From NCBI GenBank assembly GCA_951406725.2, contig OX597826.1, forward strand, positions 19,964,001 to 20,028,000: a stretch of 64,000 nucleotides of DNA. The letters are read 5' to 3'. Below, in pieces: positions 42,915-53,099 of this stretch. The stretch's first letter is position 1. Each line of letters begins with the position of its first letter. The translations under genes were made by a program, and so were the position numbers. The notes under the pieces are model-generated. The model saw only the letters and a list, made by a program, of their open reading frames with translations, was not told the origin of the DNA and made no database searches. Source of the stretch: Octopus vulgaris (Eukaryota).

Positions 42915-44785
42915 AATTCTCTCTATGAATGCCGACAAAGAGAGAGAGAAAGAGAGAGAGGCTGTGAGAAGGCGGCGAGGGAAAGATAGTTGATGCTGTC
43001 ACACGTCGTTATAGAGAGAACGTGAAGGGAAGGGAGGAAAGAGAGAGAGACGGAGGAAGACAGATAAGAGAATGAGAGTAACGACAAAGACTTGTCAAAG
43101 TGTGGGGTTTTTTGCCCTAGTAACCACAGCTTTTGAGATAGGGATTTCTAACCAGGCCCACTCACATCCTCACCTCATTTTACATGTCCCTGTAAATTTT
43201 GGTGCGAATCCGATGGAACTAGTGCCTTTCAACCCGTTCCAATGCCAAAACCAGAAAAAACAAACAAACTTTCTCATTTCAGATTTATAAATATTGATTT
43301 AGAAGTAATGGGTTCATGTAAATTAACTAATAGCTGAAGATTGTATCTGCCAAACATTTCACTGAGATATCTAACTTTCTCAAACATTTCACTGAAATCT
43401 CAAACTTTCTCAGAAAACACAACGATAGAAAATGTTGGAAAATCTTAAGAAGTAACCTACTTCCGAATCGTTCTCGCCACTGCATCATGCCTCTAGACAA
43501 AACATTCTCTCACAGCTGTCAATAGCTGGTTGAATTCTCCGTTGTTTGTCAACATTTTATACCTGTAGGTATTTTTTCAGATTCAGAAAGAATGGGTTAA
43601 TATACATTAACTTGTAGCTGTGAAGATAATATCTACCAAAAATATCATTGAAATCTCGATCTTTCTCAGAAAACGTAACGACCTGAATCAGCACCGATTC
43701 TTTTGAAAAATTTTGAAATGAAAATTTGCTTTCATCATTAGTGACATTCAATTTTTCTCAATTTTATTTCTTAGATTCAGAAATAATGTGTTCATGTAAG
43801 TTAACAAACAGCTGAAATCTTTATCAACCTTTACCACAAAACATGACGGCCGAAAATGTTAAATGAAAAATTATTGTTTTCTCATTAGTGACTTCTAAAT
43901 TTCCTCAATTTTACGGAATTTTAGATATAAAATTAATGGGTTTATATACATTTACTAAAAACTGTGATCACTATACTTACCAAATATTTCACTGAAGTCC
44001 ACACCTTTCAAAGAAAACTTGAAGACCAAAGATATCGGAAATAAGCATGAATTTATTCGAAATGTTTAAAATGAAAATTGTTTGTTTTCTTTCATCATTA
44101 GTGATTGACTTTATCCTTACAATTATCAAATTCAGAACTACCCTCTTAATATATTCACTATTACCTGGAAGATTATATTTAGCAAACTTTTCTCGGCAAT
44201 CTTTTAATTTAAAACATAGAACTGTAAATACTGGAATTCATCAGCAAATTGTTCTAAAATATTAAATCGAAACATTGCACTTTCTCTGACATGATTTTTA
44301 AATTATCTTTTCGGATTCCGAAGCAATATGTTACCACACATTTACATGTAGCTTTAAACTTTATATTTAACTGAAGTCAAAATATTTCTCACAATCGCTG
44401 GAAAGGTGTTGACAATTTTCAGCAACTCATTTGACAATTTTTGAAATGAAAATTGCATTTCTTTCGTCAATTCTCATGATGAAGTATACATAGTTATTGT
44501 AAATTTCATCTACTCGCTCTACACATGTGAGAAGTTCAGTTTTAACTTGTGGGGATTCAGAAGTAATATTGTTCCGAAATGTTCTCGCTTCTACATCATA
44601 CCTCGTGAGAAAGAATTATCCATACAATTCAAAACAACTGTTTTAATATATATACTCATTATCTTTTAATACTTTCGATATATATTTAAAATAATATAAA
44701 TTAATTAATTTTATGTATTGGCTTAAGTTTTTCATTGTTTGATTTGCCTAATAGTGGTTTAATCTCTAATTTAATATAATATATA

Positions 44786-45183
44786 TCTATATATATAAAA
44801 GTGAAGTTGTGTGAGTGTCTGTCTCCTACGATTTAGATTCCTAACTACTCCCACATTTTGCGGTGCAGTTTAACCAAAACCGGGTATCTTATAGTCGGGA
44901 TTCATATTGAGCCCTTTTGCGTATTAGCGCGCGTTTACGATGAGTCTACGATTTAAAAAATAATTTACCATCATTTTTTCCATTTTAATGCATTTTTTGC
45001 TATTATATAAGGGAAGTAACTCTCTAAAAATGTCTACGTGAGTCAACGATTTAAAAAAAATTTACTATAATTTTTTTTTCCATTTTTAATGCATTTTTTT
45101 GCTATTTTTTGGCTATAACTCTCTAAAAATGCTTTATAGTTATTTCCCTTACAAACCCGAACAACGCCGGGCGATACTGCTAG
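44786..45183 (+). mobile_element. Non-autonomous Helitron
   Basis: 5' A|TCTATATATATAAAA; 3' GC-rich stem CCCG...CGGG then GATACTGCTAG|T (CTRR end, A/T insertion site); internal ~100-bp tandem repeat. Confidence 0.75.
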
Positions 45184-45249
45184 TATATATATATATATTT
45201 AAGTTAAATATAAAGTTTAAAGCTACATGTAAATGTGTGGTAACATATT

Positions 45250-46383
45250 GCAGGTGTGAATGTATGCATATATGCTTGTTTGTTATGTATGCATGTATTT
45301 ATGTATGTATGCATGTATGCATGTATTCTTGTATGCTTATATGCATGTGTGCATCTATGTAAGTATGTAAGTGTGCATATATGTATTTATGAATGTATGC
45401 ATATATCCATGTTTGCATGTATGGATGTAAGTATTTATGCATTTATGTATGTATGCATGTATGTATGTAGGTATGCATGTAAATATGTATGTATGTACAT
45501 GCATGTATTTATGTATGCATATCTGTATGTAGTATGAATGTATGTATTCATGTATGTATGTATTATGTATGTTTGTATTTTGTATGTATGTATTAGGTAT
45601 GTATATATGTATGAATACATGCATACATGCAGGAATGTATGTATCTGTGTATACACCCTTGCATTCGTGTATATATGTATGTATATATGCATGCATGCAC
45701 GCATGTATATATATATATATTATTTATGCATGCATGAATGTATGCACGTATGAATGCATGTATGTGTATATGCAGATATGTGTGAATGTACGTACGTAAA
45801 CCTGCATGTATGCATGTATGCACGTAAGCCTGCATGTAATATGTATGTATGTATGCATACAAGAATGTATGCATGTATGCATGTATGTATGTATGCATGT
45901 ACGTTTGTGTGTATGTAATTATTATGTATGCAAGTATGCATGTATTATATATGGCTGTATGTATGTGTGTAACTATGTATGTATGCATACATGCATGCAT
46001 GCATGTATATATGTGTATATGCATGCACGCAATTGTGTTCATGCATGCATGAATGCATATATGCTTGTCTGCATACATGTATATGTAATATGTTGTATGC
46101 ATATATGTATGCATGTACGTATGTATGTATGCATGTATGTAGGTATTATGTTGGCATGTATGTAAGCATCTAGTATGTATGTATTACGTATGTAAGTATT
46201 ATGTATGTATGCAACTATGTAGATGTCAATATATTTATATATGTATGTGTGCTTGTATGGATGTATGTATGTATATATGAATGTCTATACGTATGCATGT
46301 ATGTATGTATGCATATATGCATGTATATATGCATAAGAACAAGGTGTATGCGTGTGTGTGTGTGCATATGATGTATGCGCGTA
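45250..46383. repeat. ~1.1-kb cryptic (TGTA/TGCA/TATG) purine-pyrimidine alternating low-complexity tract
   Basis: Direct read; it is the source of the many spurious CMYV/HTYI ORFs. Confidence 0.9.
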
Positions 46384-49300
46384 TGTTAAGAACATATAAG
46401 GATGGCAATGGAGACAATGAAAGAGTCTATAATGATCTGAGAGACACAAGAACGATGATACCATTTCGTAGTCAATAGGAGACGGTAGTTGAAGTACTGT
46501 ATCAAGAAGTCGCGGCCATGATGCTGAGCCAGTACATGTCGTACGTGAAGTCGTGGCTGTGATGCTGCTGCCTGGGTCATGTGATACAGGAGTTCATGCA
46601 GGTTGTATATTCGCTGTTGATCCAGAGCGAAGCTGTAGAGAGATGATGTTAACGACGTTAAGAAGGATGGTGACGACGAAGAAGAAGGTTGCCGTGAATG
46701 CTGCTGGACGAAGTTGGTAAGTCTCAAAACATAGCTGCTGCGGTGGTGGTGTACCCTGGCGTTGTCGCTGGAACTAGCTGTGTCTTTGTGGTCAGTGGCT
46801 AGACCTTAAAAGGCCTCGAACCAAAGACCCCAGAAAGAGGAAAAGCTGAATTTTTATAAGAAACTCTAGGCTAAAAACAGGGCTGTAAACAGGTTCTCCC
46901 ACGTGACCTTATTTAGGGCCTCCGACTGGTTATACGCGGCAGTTGGCGCGACAGAGTAAGAGACAAATTGTGCGAATACCAACCAAATCAGAGTAGTGGA
47001 CATCCAAATAGCGACCAAAGGCTAGCTGTTCCCTGCTACGTTCGAATGCATGTATATATTATAAAGAGGAGAGAGGAATTTCGCCTGAGGAATTTCGCTA
47101 CGCATTCATTTCTCCATTTCTTGAGTATAACTGAGGAGTTATAATGATATCGAAACATATCCGTTGCTTTAAATACAAGCTCCACTTCCATCTGCACTGT
47201 CCAGAGGGTTTCAATATCTTATCTTTGTTTGTTAGGTGAGATATATGCCTTTAGCATACGATGTGGAAGAATCTGACAATTAGGTGTGTTGGGCAGGGTA
47301 GAAACAGCAATTGAACTTTGAGGAATAGGGAAAAGATGCTTTGAATTAAAATAACGAAGTTGTTCTCATTGAGAACCAAATGAAATAGCTGAGTGAAGTT
47401 TATGTTTGCAGAAATACCTTACGGAATACAGTGTATAACCTAGACATCAGAAATTAGTTAGAAAAAGAAAATGAGAAATATATCTTTAGATTAAGATGTA
47501 TGGAATGCATTGTTGTTTTTGTTAAATCCAAAGATCATCTCTGAACAAGTAAACCAATGAGCAAAGACATTCCAACCATGACCATTTCATTGTTTTCACA
47601 TATTGTATAGCTACATTATCTAACATCTTTCTTTTAAAGATTTAAGGGTGGTGTGATTTAGAGTGTTTTGGCTGTTATTTCTAGCAGTTGTGATGACCAT
47701 GTAGAAACACCCCCTCAACTCATGTGTAATTTTAAATTAGTAAGAGATAGTGTGTAGGATAAGGTTACATTGAAGGTCATGCATATTGGTTAGAAGAGAA
47801 GAAATTGTTCAGCAGATTTTAGTGTTTCTTTTTTGGTGAGGAAGAAACCCTGACTGATGAGTTGTTCTTCAAAAATTGAGACCAGGGACCACAAAAGGTC
47901 ACTAGAAATCACATTCGATGCGAATCATGTGCCTCACTCAAACACTACATTATGAACAACTAGTTTACTAAGAAAGTTATCAAAGAGCTAGATTAAGAAG
48001 TATATCAAATAAATATAAAAGGTTTCAAATTCTGTAGTTGGGGAAATCCATTTGGTTTCTATGTGATGGTCTGAATTATGTGAGGAGGTATTCCAATACT
48101 ACTTTATTGTTATACCCATCTCTATATGCATCGGAAATAACATTTCTAGCTGAAAACTTCTGTATTACTGAGTTCAGAAAAATCTTTCCAAAATAGCAAT
48201 ATTTACTGCATTGTAATGTAGGCCAATCACACAAGGTGCAAATCCCAGAGTCACTCAAAACAATGGTCAGTGGCAGCATGCTTCAAAGCCTCATCTCAAC
48301 CAGAACTAGATCATCATTTTCATGTCTCAAGTTCCCTCTAAATTCTATAATTTTGAGGCAACTGTTAAATCTCCTGCATCCCATGAGAAGTGCATTTTTT
48401 ATATTTAGTTCACTTCTCATGCTATTCTTTCAAAAACTTTGTATTTTGTCATCTTTTTTGAAGGGTGTTTTTTTTAAATCTCTTCTCTCTCATTTTGTGC
48501 TTAAAGTTTTGTTACATTTAAAAAATGTTGCTGCTTTTATTGCTACTTATATAGCCGTTAAGGTTGTTCTGTTGATAGATTACAAGTCAACAAGTCAACA
48601 AACTGAAATTTGATCGACCAATTTGTATCAACATTCTCCTCTGACTTCTAACAAATTATATGGTCCAAGCTGACTTATCCAACTTATTGTTTGTTTTGGT
48701 GCTTCTTTTATCATTGATTTTGACAGGACTTGAAACTTAGGGTGTAAAAGAATAATGCAAAACATTTTATCCTGGGAACACTAGTATACATTACATTCAA
48801 TAATAATGATTTCAAACATAGGCGCATATCTGCCAATTTAAGATAGAGGTATATAGTCTCTATCTAACTGACTCCAATACTTGACTGGTGTTTATTTCAT
48901 TGATCAGGGAAGGTTTTGATCTAAAAGATAAAGATACATTAAGCAAAACAAGGTATTTTTGACTGATGCACAATTCAAATAATAACAAGGATTTCTTACA
49001 TCAATAGTAATGTTTTATTTATCAAATGGAAAAAAAAATTATTTTTTCATAAAAGTAAAGATTTACATATTTTTACATTTATTGTTGAGAAATTTAAAAA
49101 TTAATAAAAGGGAAAAAATGGAGTATTCAAACAGTTATGCATCATTAAATTGGAAGAAAATTCTGTAAATATACATTTGTAAATAATATTTATTTTTGAA
49201 TAAATCCTATTTTTATGTACGTACACTTAAGAAAATTTAAATGTACCATTAGAGCATGATAATATTTTTTAGAATTTTAAATATTAGACTAAGTTTGAAA

Positions 49301-50555
49301 GGTTGAATTAGTGAAGTGAATTTTCTCCACTTTCTCTGATTGAAAGGATATGTAGATCCTAATCACAAGCATTCCTGATTATGAGATGGATTTTGAAAGG
49401 TTATTAATAATAAAGGGTAAAAATAAAAGCATATTATAGTCCAAATTTAATTCTAGTTTATCTAATTTTGAATTAAGTTTCAATAAGTTTCCCCATCAGA
49501 TAATAGATAATTCTTTTTTTAATGTTATAGTATATATAAAAACAAAATTAATTAAACAACACGCTCTTCTAATCTTAATCTTCTATGATTAATGAAAACT
49601 TTGTCAATATTGGTTTAAGAGAATTTTTTTAGAGACTTTTTTCTAATGGATTTTCCTACAAATTGTGTGTCCTCCCTAATTTAGGCTTATTATCATTTAG
49701 TGATACATTTAACATCAGCTTATAGGTGGATCAATTGTTTCTAGGTTACAAACAATTAGACAAATATTGGTAATGTTTGTAAAATGTATGGAAAAATCCT
49801 CATTATAGAACTAAAATGATATCAGAATGTACTCAGTTCTGAAGGCAATATTCTAAAATATGCTAAATTCGTTTTACTGAAGGTAACAACACAATCCATT
49901 TGCTATTTTTTTACATATTAAAGAGTTCGAATGACTCAGATTTGCCACATTAAGATTAGATTTGAGAATCCATTGGATACGATTGATCATACACATATAT
50001 GTACATGCCTGGTCAATTTTTTTTTATAGAAGGCTACCAGTTAGCAATGAATGCAAGTCACCCTTTTTTTATTTGTTACAGTTTAAATAAACAGTTGCTT
50101 ATCCTCAAATGATATTAATAATCACTGGAATATTTGATAGCAAAATACTTCTTTTATAAACTCATTTGTTATATTACTGAGATTGTGAGAAATGAAGGAC
50201 AGTGTTTGATTATATTGAGACGGATTAATGTGTTGACATAATCAAAATAGCTGGCTATGAGGACACACACCAATATTTCAATTGCAAATAAGATTTTAAT
50301 TTTTAAAAAAAGTAATATAATATTATTTTACCAAAGCACTTCGGCTTATTAAAAAGAAATATTATTTCCAAATTAAGTAATGCACATAATAAATTCACAA
50401 TGAAAATATTATTTAAATTTTTCTTTTCAGTCAATATGAATTATATTTCATTATGAATCATTTTGCCAACAGCATAAAAATTAAATAATTCAGCACATAG
50501 TTTGAATAAGAGAAAACATTGCCTGATTTCAGGAAAACCCAATAATTTGGCTGCT

Positions 50556-51947
50556 TTAAAAGAGATAAGGAATAATGCGATAAGGTACTTTACGACAGTA
50601 TTCTTTCCAAAATTCTCCATATTTCCTTCCACATTTATCATCATCACGAAAACTTCTGTGTGTCAGCAAAATTAGTAAATGTATGACATAAAAAAAGGGC
50701 GTAATACTTGAGAAACATGCAGGAATTGTCCAGCAGAATGCCAAAATAATTTCTGGAATATAGTGGAAATGTCGAGACCAACTCCACCAACCTGAAACAA
50801 GTAAAATCCCTTTTTTTTCCTCTCCTGTCTCTAACGTATATGTTGCCCGAATTATAACAGGCTTCTTACCCCATACTAAGCAGTTGCCATTAGTAGCACG
50901 TACTTTTTGTTTTTGCTTGTCAGCAAAGTAGTTGATAAGAAGTGCTGCTGTGCCTGTAATGAAAATGAGAATAGATGCTAAAGTTCCCAGATGTACTGGA
51001 TGGTTGACTAAATACATGCTCACTGATGTATAGAACCCTGGAACGAAAACAAGACAGCCCCAGCAGATGTAGTATCCTGCTCTGTCTAACATGATATCAA
51101 TTGTGTTCAGATAACCTGCTTCCCACCAAAAAAATTTGGTAATGTATAAAAGTTGAAGTGCAGTAGATACTATATTACTATCAACCCATCCATTAAGCTG
51201 ATAATTCTTAATTGAAAAAATTACAACTATAAGTGCCCAGGACATCATTCCAAATCGACAGTTAGTGAATTGCTTAATGTCAATACCATAAATTTTAGGA
51301 TACAATTCAGTACCCCAATAATAATCAAAAACTACATTTCCTGAAGTACCAGAATCAGATGAGGAAGGAAACGTTAATCCTTTCACATATAATAGAAGAC
51401 AAAAAACAAAACTGACTAGATTCAATGTACCTAAGATATCACCGAAACGGTCATAAATTATGGACACAGAAATATCATATTTGTTGAGTATTATTTCAGA
51501 ACACACAAGAACAACAATTGTGAGTGAAAAATATAAAAATCCATTGTCAATATATATGGGTACATTGCCTTTTGGTGTGATTGATCCCTTCACTAAATTC
51601 CCTGGCAAAATCTTCATTGTAATAATAGCCCACAAACTGTAAGCAAAAATGATAATTAGTGCAAAAGAACTTCCAATTGAAACTTCAGTCCAAATGTTTA
51701 AGAGTCCAGTGAGCAATGAGTCTTTGAGTAAATGATGTAAACAATGAGTAATGCTTCCATCGAATTTGGCAGCTGTGTACCAAAGGATCATCACTAAGTT
51801 CGGAGTGAAGAGCATCAGCAGCAATGGCAGAACAGTGCGCTCAATGAATTGTTTAATTCTGCTCTTTGCAGGAATGTCATGGGAAACATTTCCTGACTCA
51901 TTTCTCATCTCTCTGTTCTTCGATTTGATCATATTTTTTCTGTTCAT
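50556..51947 (-). CDS. DHCR7: Sterol delta-7 (7-dehydrocholesterol) reductase, ERG4/ERG24 family, 463 aa, single coding exon
   Basis: Intact ORF with several TM segments. Family signatures GNVVFDYYWGTELYP, LLVSGWWSWSRHFHY and C-terminal RDDDKCGRKYGEFWKEYCRKVPYRIIPYLF; delta-7-type KFFWWEAGYLNTIDIMLDRAGYYICWGCLV. Confidence 0.93.
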   Translation of the reverse strand: MNRKNMIKSKNREMRNESGNVSHDIPAKSRIKQFIERTVLPLLLMLFTPNLVMILWYTAAKFDGSITHCLHHLLKDSLLTGLLNIWTEVSIGSSFALIIIFAYSLWAIITMKILPGNLVKGSITPKGNVPIYIDNGFLYFSLTIVVLVCSEIILNKYDISVSIIYDRFGDILGTLNLVSFVFCLLLYVKGLTFPSSSDSGTSGNVVFDYYWGTELYPKIYGIDIKQFTNCRFGMMSWALIVVIFSIKNYQLNGWVDSNIVSTALQLLYITKFFWWEAGYLNTIDIMLDRAGYYICWGCLVFVPGFYTSVSMYLVNHPVHLGTLASILIFITGTAALLINYFADKQKQKVRATNGNCLVWGKKPVIIRATYTLETGEEKKGILLVSGWWSWSRHFHYIPEIILAFCWTIPACFSSITPFFYVIHLLILLTHRSFRDDDKCGRKYGEFWKEYCRKVPYRIIPYLF

Positions 51948-51990
51948 GGCCTATAAAAAACAAAAAAAGAAAAGAAAAATATTAGAAAAA
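51948..51990 (-). promoter_or_regulatory. 3' splice acceptor immediately upstream of the DHCR7 start codon
   Basis: Minus strand: branch-like TTCTAAT, polypyrimidine tract ttttcttttctttttttgtttttt, then atAG|GCCATG. Confidence 0.75.
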
Positions 51991-52031
51991 TTCATACATA
52001 TGGGTGTTATATATGGGTGCTTATTGGTGCA

Positions 52032-52348
52032 TCTATATATATAAAACTGAGAATATGTGTCTGTCTGTCTGTGTGAATCCCTAAAACTTAAGAACTACAC
52101 AACCAATTTCATTCAAATTTTACACATGCCTACTTAAGGTTCATGTAGTGTCATGGGCAAAAATTTTTTTAAACTTTTTGCCTAGGGCGAGCCCACAGCA
52201 ATATCATATCTTCTCCACTATTTCAGTATTACGTGTTAAAAGTGAAGCAAAAACATGTCTCTATTGTAATGTCAGATACTTTCACTTTAATACTGAAACT
52301 ATTATATAAGAGAGATGAACCATTAACAGTGGACATCCATTTTGCTAG
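52032..52348 (+). mobile_element. Probable non-autonomous Helitron-like element
   Basis: Same 5' start A|TCTATATATATAAAA and (CTGT)n as the 44786 element; possible CTAG end at 52345-52348. Confidence 0.5.
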
Positions 52349-52480
52349 AAGATCCGCTATGGTCTTACATGCTACACCACTGGTTTTCAATTCATATTAA
52401 TCAAATTAATATTCAATTTTTCACCCTTATTTTGAATTTAAATTTACATGTATATCCATCTATCTATCTATCTATCTATC

Positions 52481-52524
<44 letters not shown>

Positions 52525-52572
52525 AAGAAACATGTATACATATAGGTGTATATATATAGATGTATATATAGA

Positions 52573-52612
<40 letters not shown>

Positions 52613-52642
52613 AATATATATACATGTATATATATATGTATG

Positions 52643-52692
<50 letters not shown>

Positions 52693-52809
52693 TAAATTAG
52701 AGACAAAACCACTATTAGGCAAATCAAACAATGAAAGACTTAAGCCAATACATATGATTAATTTATATTATTTAAATATGTAACAATTATTAAAAAATAT
52801 AATTAATAT

Positions 52810-52872
52810 CCACTACGATCGTTTCCTGCCTGGTGTCTTTAAATTTTTGAGTCGCAGTCATTCATCAGGTGG
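52810..52872 (-). ncRNA. Minimal type-I hammerhead ribozyme motif
   Basis: Minus strand: CCAC-CTGATGA-atgactgc...gcag-GAAA-CGATCG-TA-GTGG. Helix I is perfect, helix III is palindromic, the cleavage triplet is GUA, and the base of stem II is imperfect. Confidence 0.65.
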
Positions 52873-52909
52873 TTTCAAAATTTTTCTTGGCGAGTTTTAA
52901 ACAATGAAC

Positions 52910-52979
<70 letters not shown>

Positions 52980-53099
52980 CAACAGCAGCAACAACAGCTA
53001 CAACTACAACAGTAGCAGAGATGGCAACAACAACTACAACAACAACGACAGCAGCAACGACAACAACAACGACGGAACTGAGCAACACAAGCCGGTGCG

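Larger units (their letters stand above)
41191..44480. repeat. Degenerate ~160-195-bp satellite-like array, interrupted by insertions
   Basis: A ~130-bp block is exactly repeated at 41191 and 41385 (period 194). Diverged units (aaacatttcactgaa...gaaaatgttgg...tttgaaatgaaaatt...tcatta.tgac) recur at 43350-44480. Confidence 0.7.

Noticed and set aside
45099-46478. Many overlapping CMYV/HTYI-rich ORFs
   Set aside because: Stop-poor low-complexity tract
47854-47890. CTGATGAG motif
   Set aside because: No GAAA in register and no helix I or III
48076-48613. ORFs 48236-48613 (+) and 48076-48279 (-)
   Set aside because: No recognisable motifs or convincing splice context; possibly ancient TE debris
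50556-51947. Bacterial contamination as the source of the intronless reductase
   Set aside because: It has a spliceosomal acceptor and a Kozak-like GCCATG, a long AT-rich downstream region, host repeats on both sides and no operon neighbours
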